In this document: positions 35,421 through 43,622 of the stretch, one piece after another
How positions within the stretch are numbered: the stretch's first letter is position 1
Layout: every line of letters starts with the position of its first letter
Source of the DNA: Dehalococcoidia bacterium
GTDB lineage: Bacteria; Chloroflexota; Dehalococcoidia; Lucifugimonadales; UBA2985
Assembly (NCBI GenBank): GCA_965247535.1
Contig: OZ252018.1
Location: 1,783,813-1,847,812 of the forward strand
Direction of reading: 5' to 3'
Length of the DNA stretch: 64,000 nt
Made by a program: the position numbers and the translations under genes
The notes under the pieces: model-generated
The model's database searches: none
What the model saw: the letters and a program-made list of their open reading frames with translations, nothing else
What the model was told of the DNA's origin: nothing

Positions 35421-36988
35421 GAACCCTCTTTCTCTATTGGCACAAACTCTTGGGTTGGGATACCCAATGTGATAGTAACGTTGTTGTCACGGTCGATTGC
35501 GATCTGGTCCACGATCAGCCGCAGGACTTCTCGACGCTCCTCGGGGGGCAGGCCATCCAACCCATCGCCAACCTTGACGGCCCAATCGGCGACGTTCGAC
35601 ATAAGTACCTGCTTCTCGATAGCCATTGTCTCCTGGGCTCGGTAGTCATCAAGCTTCGCCCGTGCGTCCTTCAAGCGTTCGTGTATTGGCTTGCGCTGTT
35701 GGTCTAGCTGGCCCTCGGTGATCTTGCCGGATACGAACAACGAAATGGCCCTGTCCTCTTCTGTCTGGACTTTCCGTAGATCACGCTCTGCACCTGCAAT
35801 CCGCTTCGGGAGCCCGCCGTCTCCCCGCTCCCCAAGGGATTCCAGGCCCTCCACGATGAGGTCGGGATTCTGGACCACCGTCTTGACCTCTCTCCAGACC
35901 AGCTCTTCCAACCTGTCGGCTCGGATGTACGGCCGTTGCCTGCACTTGAGGTCCTCCCTCTGCATCCCATAGAAGTGATAGTGCCGTTGGGGAGTCTTGA
36001 AGTTGTAACTGTACGTCTTGTCCTTGCGCTTCACCGTCGCCCGAGTCTTCGACCGGCAGGCGAAGAGCAGCCCGCACTCGGCGCACCTGAGGAGGCGCTG
36101 CAACAGGTAGAAGACCTTGGTGTTCCTCTTGGAGAGCGAGGTCCGGTCCTTCTTGACAGCCTGCGCCCGGTCCCACGTCTGCTCGTCCACAAGGGGCGGG
36201 AAGGGCACCCCTATCCACGTATCCTCCGGCTGTCTGATGACCCTGTCCCTGCCCTCCGTGGCGATCCAGCGGGCCTTGCCGTACCACCAGCTGCCCTTGT
36301 AGACCTCCTTGCCGAGGAGGGTGTGGACGTACGAGTTCTGCCACCGCGAGCCCGGTCTCCAAGTTGGCGCGTTGTCGCGGGCCAGCTGACGGGCAATCTC
36401 CAGACCCACCATCCCTTCGTGGACGTACAGGTGGAATATGCGCTGCACGATCTCGGCCTCAGGCTCGTACACCACCGGCCTGCCATCCTCCCCGATCCGG
36501 TATCCGTAGGGGACCGAACCATTGGGCATCCGGCCTTGCTTGGCCTTCCCGCGCCTGCCCATGGACGTTCTCTCTCGGATGTTGTCCAGCTCAATCTTCC
36601 CGATTGCCGCCATGATTCCGAACATCTTCATGTCGATGGGGTCCATGACCGACTCCAAGCGTATCTGGTGCGCCTCGACCACCTCCATGAGGGCTGCAGC
36701 GGGGTACATCCCACGGCTGAGCCTGTCCATCTTCCAGCAGACGATGACGTCGAACCGGGCATCACTCGCATCTGCCAGCATGCGCTGGAACTCGGGACGC
36801 TTCTTGGACCAGCTTCTGCCCACCTCCTGGTAGCGCGCTACTATGATCAGCCCCATGCGCTCGCAGTAGGCCTCCATATCGGCGATCTGCTCGGATAGAG
36901 AGGTCTTGTCTTCCGTGTCCTGGCTCTTGTCCGAGACGCGGGCGTAGATGGCCGCCCTGTTGCCTTTAATCTTCCCGTCGATGGTCAT
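35408..36988 (-). CDS. large serine recombinase (resolvase/invertase N-domain + recombinase + zinc-ribbon/coiled-coil)
   Basis: AAIYARVSDKSQ catalytic Ser region, then DRLSRG. The recombinase domain carries the CxxC-type ribbon CAECG, followed by a long C-terminal helical region. The start is placed at ATG 36988 (AGGAGG lies 12 nt upstream; GTG at 36994 is an alternative) rather than the ORF-track start at 37030, which overlaps a terminator. Confidence 0.9.
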   Translation of the reverse strand: MTIDGKIKGNRAAIYARVSDKSQDTEDKTSLSEQIADMEAYCERMGLIIVARYQEVGRSWSKKRPEFQRMLADASDARFDVIVCWKMDRLSRGMYPAAALMEVVEAHQIRLESVMDPIDMKMFGIMAAIGKIELDNIRERTSMGRRGKAKQGRMPNGSVPYGYRIGEDGRPVVYEPEAEIVQRIFHLYVHEGMVGLEIARQLARDNAPTWRPGSRWQNSYVHTLLGKEVYKGSWWYGKARWIATEGRDRVIRQPEDTWIGVPFPPLVDEQTWDRAQAVKKDRTSLSKRNTKVFYLLQRLLRCAECGLLFACRSKTRATVKRKDKTYSYNFKTPQRHYHFYGMQREDLKCRQRPYIRADRLEELVWREVKTVVQNPDLIVEGLESLGERGDGGLPKRIAGAERDLRKVQTEEDRAISLFVSGKITEGQLDQQRKPIHERLKDARAKLDDYRAQETMAIEKQVLMSNVADWAVKVGDGLDGLPPEERREVLRLIVDQIAIDRDNNVTITLGIPTQEFVPIEKEGSRTI

Positions 36989-37025
36989 CACCACTGCTTG
37001 CCTCCTTTCACCCGTTGCCTCTGAA

Positions 37026-37059
37026 ACCAAAAAGACCCGCCTCCTGTCGGGAGCGGGTC
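37026..37059 (-). terminator. rho-independent terminator just upstream of the recombinase gene
   Basis: The minus strand reads GACCCGCTCC-CGACA-GGAGGCGGGTC followed by TTTTTGGTTTC. Confidence 0.55.
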
Positions 37060-37156
37060 CGCGAGTAGTACAATGCTATTCGCATCACCTGCTCTATCAG
37101 GTGGCGCCACGGCCCGGGGTGTTTGCAGCATCGCCGGGCCAACTTCTACTTGGGAT

Positions 37157-37224
37157 GCTACCATGATCAGTCTTCGATGAGAAGGCATCAGTCCTGTTCC
37201 TCGCTCCCGTCACTATGAGGCGGG
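37157..37224. repeat. degenerate REP-like sequences flanking the recombinase 5' side
   Basis: gctaccatgatcag (37157-37170) and cgtcactatgaggcggg (37208-37224) resemble the missing right half (gtgctcaccatgagcgg) of the unit truncated at 35420. The intervening gaaggcatcag resembles gaagggcatgag. Confidence 0.35.
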
Positions 37225-37415
37225 TCCGCTGCGGCTGGCGGTCCTTCGCGGTGCGCCAGCTTCAAGAGGATGGCAGTGAGGCGGCGCAGACGGTCCTCGG
37301 CGTCGGGTCCGGGGTCGCAGACAATGCCGGCGATCCTCACCTGAGCGCCATACCCGTCCCACCTGTCCGGTCCGTTCTGTCTCTTCGATCTTCCCATTTC
37401 GCCTGCTCGGAGCAC
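37188..37415 (-). CDS. hypothetical small protein (doubtful)
   Basis: 75-aa ORF with no motif. Its 3' end overlaps the degenerate REP-like sequence. Confidence 0.25.
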   Translation of the reverse strand: MLRAGEMGRSKRQNGPDRWDGYGAQVRIAGIVCDPGPDAEDRLRRLTAILLKLAHREGPPAAADPPHSDGSEEQD

Positions 37416-37468
37416 CCTCTAGTCGGCCCGCCGAACTCTCGTCACTGATGCGGCTCTCGAGTTAAAGT

Positions 37469-38586
37469 GTACTCGTTCAGGACATATGAGACAGAGGGGT
37501 CTCCGGGTGGCACTGAAGAATATACTCCATGGGAGAGTGATAGCCAAGGGACTGATGTGGGCGGTGTGTGTTGTAGTAGAGTTCGTGGTCTCTGAGAGCT
37601 GGGGTGATGTCCTGGACGGTCCAGTCGCCGTCGTAGAAGGCGTAGAACTCCTCCTTGTGGGTGCGGTGAGCTCGTTCGGCGAAGGCGTTGAGCTTGGGAG
37701 AATGAGGAGGAGTGGTGAAGAGCCGGATGCCTCGGTCTCGGCAAGCGGTCTCGAAGTCGGCCTGGAACTCTGATCCATTGTCCACCTGGATGGCGCGTAC
37801 AGGGAAGGGGCATCGTGTCTGGAGGGCGTCCAGGATGCGGGTGGCGGTGTTGGCGGTAGCACGTGAGGCTATGAGTAGGGTGTCCCATCGAGAGACGACA
37901 TCCCGTGCGCTGAAGTGTTTGAGGACTACGCCTGGGAGAGGGCGGAGGTCGGTGGTGTCCAGGTGGAGGAGGTCACCGGGGGCCTTGGGGCGGTAGTCCC
38001 TTGGGGTGCGGCGTAGGGACGGCGGACGCGGCGTTTAGCGCTGGCTACACCGGGGCGTGGTGGTTCCTTCAGGACCCCGCGACGCTTGAGGTCGGCGAGT
38101 ATGCGGCCGATGGTGGAGGTGGAGACCATCCATCCACGCTGTCGCAACAGGGGAGCCAGCTTGTCCTTGCCGAACCATGGCGGCTGCCGGCGCAGGTCCT
38201 CAATCGCTGTCACCAGCTGCGGGTCCCACTGGGGCGTCCGCCTGCGGTGGGGTGCACGCGACCTCGGCTCCAGACCCGGGATGCCAACCTCCCTGCGACG
38301 CCGGGCCCAGCGGTACAGAGTGGAGCGGGGTATGCCTATCACCTCAGCAGCGACTTGACCCCGCAGACCCAGCGCCTGGAATTCCCGCCACAGGCGCAGT
38401 GCCCTCTCCCTTGCTCTCGCTTCGTCACTGACCGGCTCCGCAGTGGTTCTCGCCAGCCGGTCCGCTTGGTACAATACCCTGGGTAGCCCAACTACCCGCA
38501 TGGGGGGCCCCCTTTAGTGTTTACTCACCTCAAGGATGGCCCCTCCTTTTCGTCTTGACTAGTCTCACATGTTTCTGAACGAGAAT
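37469..38586 (-). mobile_element. IS481-like insertion sequence (about 1.1 kb)
   Basis: Imperfect terminal inverted repeats: CTCGTTCAGGACATATGAGAC (37472-37492) versus the reverse complement of 38562-38583 (CTCGTTCAGAAACATGTGAGAC). They enclose a single HTH + DDE (rve) transposase gene whose stop lies inside the left IR. Confidence 0.7.
37477..38501 (-). pseudogene. IS481-family transposase, one frameshift near 38,000
   Basis: The N-terminal HTH part (38501 down to about 38000) is in one frame. The integrase core (..DLLHLDTTDLRPLPGVVLKHFSARDVVSRW..IQVDNGSEFQ..NTHRPHQSLG) is in another. The shift lies at a CCCC run (gcaccccaaggg). Confidence 0.75.
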
Positions 38587-38801
38587 AAAAGTCTATGGGG
38601 AGGCTCGGATTCGCAGTAGGGCAATAACTCCCGGGCTGGCACGTGCCCCTTGGTAGAAGTTGGTGCACGAGACCGACATCCATGCCATCTGCTCTTCGAC
38701 TCCGAAGGCCGACGACCAATGGGAACAGGCATCCAAGACCTGGAGACGTAGGGAGCAGGCCTTCCCCTAGGCTGTAGGAGAAAGAGAGGGCGGGTGCAGA
38801 C

Positions 38802-40071
38802 TCACCGCTTGGCGGTGTGGAAGGGCCCGTGGCGTTTTGCGATGGCTCGCTGGTACCCAGGGACGACCTTCGGAGATTTTCCCCCGAGACGCTGATGCCA
38901 GATGCGCCTCAGGGATTCGTAGGTAAGGCGAAGTGCCGGGTCTTCGGAGGCTTTCAGTACCTTTTCTAGGATGCGAATTCCGGACACGCCATCTGCCTCG
39001 GGCTTTATTCCCGTCCTGCGCATGATCTCGATGATGAACTGAATGTCGAGGTCACTCAGGAGCTTGGTCGACGTGGCGGGGCGATGGCCCGAGATCGGCC
39101 TCATGCCGGATTGACGCCGTGTACCGGCGTCAACCTCATTCTTCCACCCAGAGAGCTTGCTGGGTATGGTATTGCCCCGCAGCTTCAACTCGTCCCAGAT
39201 GAGCCCGAGGGCGTTGAAGTAGTTCGGGTTGGACTCGGATAGTTTGATGTACTTTTGCAGGGTCTTGCAGGTGCCTTCGCGCAGCCACTGGTCTGCCAGA
39301 ACCCGGCACTTCTGCTGACTCCCACTCCAGGCCGAAATAGTCCTCGCCTTGGGCGTCGGCCCTGAGTGACCTGCCGGGTATGTCGGCCACCAGTGCCCTG
39401 GCAAGCCGGAGCGCCTCCCTGCAGGAAGGAGGGTCTGTGCCGCCGGGAGAGGAGCAGCCCACCTCGCGGAGCGCGGCCCGGCGAAGGAGCTCCCCTAGCA
39501 GCGTCAGTTCCCGGAAGTCCTGCCACAGCTCTCGCACCTCCACTCGCATACGGGCCAGAATGGACTCATCCTCGGCCTTCCTGTCCTTCCTCACTACGGC
39601 CAGCCGAATGAGTTCAACCGCGTCTTCTAGGCCCGGCCCGCTGCTCCCGAAGCCATCGGGGTCGCAGGCGAATTGCTCGATGAGTTCCAGGTACTTCTCG
39701 AAGACCCACCGGTTGTTCAAGTTCAGCTCGGTATTTCCCGTCGGAACCAATCTCATTCGCCCGACCTTCCTTCCAACGTGGTTATCCCAGCCGAGGGCAG
39801 TTGCACGAGATCTGAGAGGCATTCTCCGACAATGTCTCTCAACTCGCGTGTCTCTGGGTGCAAGTGAGCATGGCACACACACTCCCGCCCCAGCCGCCCC
39901 TTGCCACCGATTGAGGCCGGACATGACGGCGCGCATCCTTGCTGCACCTGCGGTGTCGCAGATCGCTCCGGACCAACCCACAAGGTCAGAGGTCGCATAG
40001 AACCATTGTGCGCAATCCCTGCCCCAACTGCAAGAGGCGCCGGCGGGAGTATGGTCCTGATGGCATTCCAC
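38802..40071 (-). pseudogene. module A: unknown-function protein, paralog of 41546..42247 plus 42276..42617, fused and frameshifted
   Basis: Residues from the Met at 39756 (MRLVPTGNTELNLNNRW..LELIEQFACDP..RELWQDF..GGTDPP..GRSLRA..LEWES) align with the 41546..42247 protein. The alignment continues in another frame (..YFNALGLIW..WKNEVDAGTRR..HRP) after a shift near 39,309-39,316. The upstream 105 codons (CAQW..NRWQG) are homologous to 42276..42617 and fused in frame. Confidence 0.5.
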
Positions 40072-40730
40072 CGATTCGTCCTTGCTACTCCATGCCGTGC
40101 CATTGCAGGGCGCATCCGGCCGACTCTCGGCCGACGTCGTCTCAAACTGTCCGCACCTCAGCCTGTTATGTCGCTGCGAAGCAAATGAAGGGTGACTCCG
40201 ATGTCGTCCCCCAAAATGCGTTTATCGATCGAGAGGGCCACTTAGGATAAGCCGGAGTGACTAGTCAGGCAGGGGATGCTGCCGCTTGAGAGCCTTGGAT
40301 GGCAACCCGGGGTTGAAGTAGCCTGCAGGCATCGGAGACGGCAGGTCGCGGAACGGGCCCTCCGGCCATGACGCGAACGCCCGCCGCTGGCGCAAGGATG
40401 GCACGGAGGCCGTGAATGGGGCCCTGAGTAGTACGATGGGGTCTGGATTACACCCTCAGATGGGCTGTGCGGGCGCTATTGATGCCCTTCGCTCAGGGCG
40501 CAGCAGCCCCAGACGGGGTCTCAGCAACGGGGACGGCCAACGTCCCGATACCCCCCTGGATGTATCGCCAGCTGTCTAGCACGGCCTGGAAGCCCGCGAG
40601 GGCCACCGGCTCCAGACGATGGAGGACCAAGATGCGGAGTGCGGGCGACCTGACGAGGTGCCGTCGGGCTATACGACGACGTCGAGCAAGAGCTCGCGAC
40701 CCCTTCAGCAGCTTGGAGGCGGTGGCCATA

Positions 40731-40871
40731 CTAATACCAGCCACGAGGGTCGCCCGTGGCCTGCCTGATCTTCTCGGAAGTCACGGGCTGCCCTGGCCAC
40801 TTCTCTATAGGAGCGTCGCCCCTTGCAGAGTAGTGCGCCAGCTCAGGCGGATCAACGTGCCATCCAGGCAT
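40731..40871 (-). CDS. small conserved protein (46 aa), module-associated, unknown function
   Basis: MPGWHVDPPELAHYSARGDAPIEKWPGQPVTSEKIRQATGDPRGWY. A paralog lies at 43296..43048 (PPxL..GDxxIEK.PxxPVT..GD.R.W). It was too short for the ORF track on its own. Confidence 0.4.
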   Translation of the reverse strand: MPGWHVDPPELAHYSARGDAPIEKWPGQPVTSEKIRQATGDPRGWY

Positions 40872-40936
40872 GACCACCTGCCATACCTTCAATGGGTCTA
40901 GGCCGATTCCCCAGAGAAGGGGGGGGTCAGAGTTTT

Positions 40937-40968
40937 GAATCTCTCTAATATAATATACCCGCGTGAAG
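40937..40968. promoter_or_regulatory. conserved AT-rich 32-bp element, copy 1
   Basis: GAATCTCTCTAATATAATATACcCGCGTGAAG is 31/32 identical to 43347-43378, while the flanking DNA has diverged strongly. It contains a TATAAT hexamer (40949-40954). Confidence 0.6.
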
Positions 40969-41113
40969 AGGCGTTGATTCCTATCTTTCACTCTTGTGCC
41001 TGTATGTTGTTGCTGTGTTTGCAGTCTATTAGCAGCCAGGTTCATGGTATCTTCGCTTATGTTCATGGTAGGTTCGTGGTATGTTCGCCAAGGTTCACGG
41101 TATCTTTGTGCGC

Positions 41114-41371
41114 TTAAATGCGCCGCCCGCGGAGGGCTAATCGCGTCCTCTCGCGTCGGGCCGCCACCTGTTCTGGTGTTAGCAGCGGCGGTATGTCCGC
41201 GGCCTCTAGCGGGACCTCCTTGTGAGTCTTGCCGTTGACCACTTTGCTCACCGTGACTGTCGAAAAACCGAAGTGCGCCGCGATGTCCACGATTGTGTAG
41301 CCGAGCCCAAAGTACTTCCGCATCAAGGCAACTTCCTGGGGCTTCACATGTCTACGCTGCTTCTTTGTCAT
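41114..41371 (-). CDS. helix-turn-helix DNA-binding protein
   Basis: 85 aa. HTH-like GYTIVDIAAHFGFSTVTVSKVVNGK. Last gene of a tightly packed four-ORF string. Confidence 0.6.
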   Translation of the reverse strand: MTKKQRRHVKPQEVALMRKYFGLGYTIVDIAAHFGFSTVTVSKVVNGKTHKEVPLEAADIPPLLTPEQVAARRERTRLALRGRRI

Positions 41372-41386
41372 GGTGGCTAATACCCC

Positions 41387-41536
41387 CTATATCCTAGTTC
41401 GCCGGCATGAACCGCCACCGCCGATGTCTATGGCGACGACTAGCTCCGGCAGCTTGTAGCCGCCCTTCTTTTCGTCCGGGCGAGCCCGCCCGCGCCTGCG
41501 CTTGGACGCCTTCTGCGCGCGTTGGTTGTCCTGCAT
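41387..41536 (-). CDS. small basic protein (49 aa), not in ORF track
   Basis: MQDNQRAQKASKRRRGRARPDEKKGGYKLPELVVAIDIGGGGSCRRTRI. It starts 10 nt after the upstream stop and ends 16 nt before the HTH gene. I translated it by hand. Confidence 0.35.
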   Translation of the reverse strand: MQDNQRAQKASKRRRGRARPDEKKGGYKLPELVVAIDIGGGGSCRRTRI

Positions 41537-41545
41537 TGTAGATTG

Positions 41546-42247
41546 TCAGCGATAGTGGGTCAGGTGAATGGGACGGTGTTTCGGCATCGGCTTCACGGGT
41601 AGCCGCCCCAGGCGCCCGGCATCAGTATCACTGTGCCACTTCTTCAGGGGGCCTGGAATAGACTCGTCACAGTGCTCCATCTCCTCGCTTAGGAACCGAA
41701 GGGCGTTGAAATAGACCCTTATTCCAGAGTGCTTGACGAACTCTCGCAGCAGGAGATTGGAACGGTTTAGTAACAAGTGGTATGCCAAATGCATGGAAAT
41801 GAATTCGGACTCCCAGTCCAGGTTCAACCAGTCCGCGCCTGGGATCCGGGCCTCTAGTGACCTGCCCGGCAGGCGAGCCACAACTGCCCTTGCAAGCTGG
41901 AGACCCTCTTCTTCGGTAGGAGGGTCTGTGGTGCCCGGAAAGCCGCGTGCCGTATTGCGGAGGGCGGCCCGCCTGAAGTGGTTCCCGAGGAGCTCAAGCT
42001 CGGGAAAGTCCTGCCAAAGCTCCCTAGTCTGAACTCTCATGGCGTCCAGAATGGCTTCCTCCTCAACCTGCTTGTTCATCATTTCGACAGCAAGGCCAAT
42101 GCGCCCGTTGATTTGCTCTGCACTAGGTCCTGCAGTCCCGAAGGCACTCGGATCACAGGCAAACTCCTCAATGGTCTTCAGGTAGCCATCAATGACCAAA
42201 CGGACGTTGTCATCCAGCTCCCCAACGCTTGTCGGCCATGATCTCAT
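41546..42247 (-). CDS. module B: unknown-function protein (233 aa)
   Basis: Intact ORF and paralog of the module A protein. I recognise no enzymatic or DNA-binding motif. Confidence 0.6.
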   Translation of the reverse strand: MRSWPTSVGELDDNVRLVIDGYLKTIEEFACDPSAFGTAGPSAEQINGRIGLAVEMMNKQVEEEAILDAMRVQTRELWQDFPELELLGNHFRRAALRNTARGFPGTTDPPTEEEGLQLARAVVARLPGRSLEARIPGADWLNLDWESEFISMHLAYHLLLNRSNLLLREFVKHSGIRVYFNALRFLSEEMEHCDESIPGPLKKWHSDTDAGRLGRLPVKPMPKHRPIHLTHYR

Positions 42248-42275
42248 CCGGCTCCTGCCTCCCTCCGCAATGGCA

Positions 42276-42617
42276 CTACTCTATACCCTGGCGCACCGGG
42301 AGATTCTCAAGGTCACCTCCTGCAAACACCGTCCCGCCGGTCGGACTCACGGCACTCGTAAGTATGGACTGGGAAATGGGGCGGTATGGCAAGCAGCGGA
42401 CCGCGTACTGCGCCATCCCGTTCCAGCGGTCAATAGCCCTCCAATAAAGACCGAGCATTGTGCCGACCCAGACGTACGGCGCATCCGGTTTCCGGTGCAA
42501 CCCTAAGTCTTCCTCTGGAAGTTCGATCGCATTTAACCATTGTGCACAGAGTCCCGTCCCGCCATCAAGGCCCGCGCTGCGCAGGTCAGTCTGTCCGGGC
42601 ACCGGGAAAGCTACCAT
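42276..42617 (-). CDS. module B: unknown-function protein (113 aa)
   Basis: It ends 28 nt upstream of 42247. It shares CAQW and DRWNG/NRWQG blocks and the DNA block aaccattgtgc(a/g)ca with the 5' part of module A. Confidence 0.45.
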   Translation of the reverse strand: MVAFPVPGQTDLRSAGLDGGTGLCAQWLNAIELPEEDLGLHRKPDAPYVWVGTMLGLYWRAIDRWNGMAQYAVRCLPYRPISQSILTSAVSPTGGTVFAGGDLENLPVRQGIE

Positions 42618-43047
42618 GTTGACAATGTAACCTGCTTTCGCGCCGTGGTTCTCGCTCGTTGATGGTCTTATGCCAACCTAGACTCATCGTGTCTGAGCCC
42701 CTTGCAATTTGAGGTAAAGAAAGATTGCAGATGTACCTATGGCAAGTCCTATGCAGATGTGCTCAACTTACTGGGAGCACTTCGAACTGTGGTCCTCGCG
42801 TGCCGGTTGCAGTGGGAGATTCGCTGACCTGAACGCATTGGTGGTCGGCAGCAGGGGTGATAGAGTAGGCGGCAAGCACCGATGGCCAAAGTCCACGAAT
42901 TCGGCGCTCAGGCTAAACCGCGACGGCCCGCCGCTGGCCCGGAGAGCGATGGTGGGACGCGGAGCAATGCACTGGTATAGAGTTGCACACTAAGAGTCGG
43001 CTGTACGGACACCCCTGAAGCCCTTCGCTCAGAGCGCCAATTGCCTT

Positions 43048-43296
43048 CTAGAAGGTGGCAGATGTGAAGGCAGTCAACATTCGAATTTCCCTTGAGGTCT
43101 CGCGAGGCGCTGAGAGCCCAGGGTAGCTGATCAAGAACACCAGCTCGAGACACCAGCGGGACCAGTCACGTTCATCGCCGCTCGCCGCCGTGATGTCGCC
43201 CGGAGTGACGGGGCGCCTGGGTCACTTCTCTATCCGCGGGTCGCCATGTGAGGCGAACCGCTCTAGATCTGGTGGGGACTCCAACCTCGCGGGCAT
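43048..43296 (-). pseudogene. small conserved protein paralog with in-frame TGA at the conserved Trp position
   Basis: MPARLESPPDLERFASHGDPRIEK-TGA-PRRPVTPGDITAASGDERDWSRW... Protein-level similarity to the 40731..40871 product continues beyond the stop (stop codon at 43222-43224). Confidence 0.35.
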
Positions 43297-43346
43297 GCGC
43301 GCCTTCCTTATGTCAAGGAATGGGAGGGTGCGGCGAGTCGGAGTTG

Positions 43347-43378
43347 GAATCTCTCTAATATAATATACGCGCGTGAAG
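43347..43378. promoter_or_regulatory. conserved AT-rich 32-bp element, copy 2
   Basis: GAATCTCTCTAATATAATATACgCGCGTGAAG, in the same orientation as copy 1, 2,410 bp away. Confidence 0.6.
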
Positions 43379-43622
43379 TACCATTTTGCTCTTACACACA
43401 CACAAGAGCATTCCCACGCGGTGGCCGACACCCGGTCTGTCGAAGACCTTCATATCGAGCGACGGCGTCTTGAGGGCTGACTCTTGTCTATGCCTTTGCG
43501 CCGTTAGCGTCTTCGCTGACGACTTACAATTCAGGTAGCTCGCCAAAGGTCAGGCATCTGGTTGAAGTCCAGCTAGGTGGACGACGAAGGCGGTTTCATC
43601 ATCTACCTGGGGCCGCGGGAGC

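Noticed and set aside
37990-38010. Programmed -1 ribosomal frameshift in the IS transposase (as in IS3-family elements)
   Set aside because: The domain layout (single HTH + rve ORF) matches IS481-type elements, which normally have one ORF. The shift site is a CCCC run, with no A-AAA-AAG-type slippery heptamer or downstream structure that I could see.
38513-38537. Sequence agtgtttactcacctcaagga resembling the IS left end in direct (not inverted) orientation
   Set aside because: A better inverted-repeat partner for the left end exists at 38562-38583. The direct similarity is short and interrupted, and I could not give it a consistent interpretation.
40467-40901. 144-aa plus-strand ORF and 83-aa minus-strand ORF (40493..40744) in the module A non-coding stretch; likewise 42739..42993 and 42908..43153 in module B
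   Set aside because: They are Arg/Ala-rich with no similarity between the two module copies at protein level. Only short DNA blocks are conserved, and module B carries a ~110-nt deletion relative to A. This argues against coding; a non-coding RNA remains possible but unsupported.
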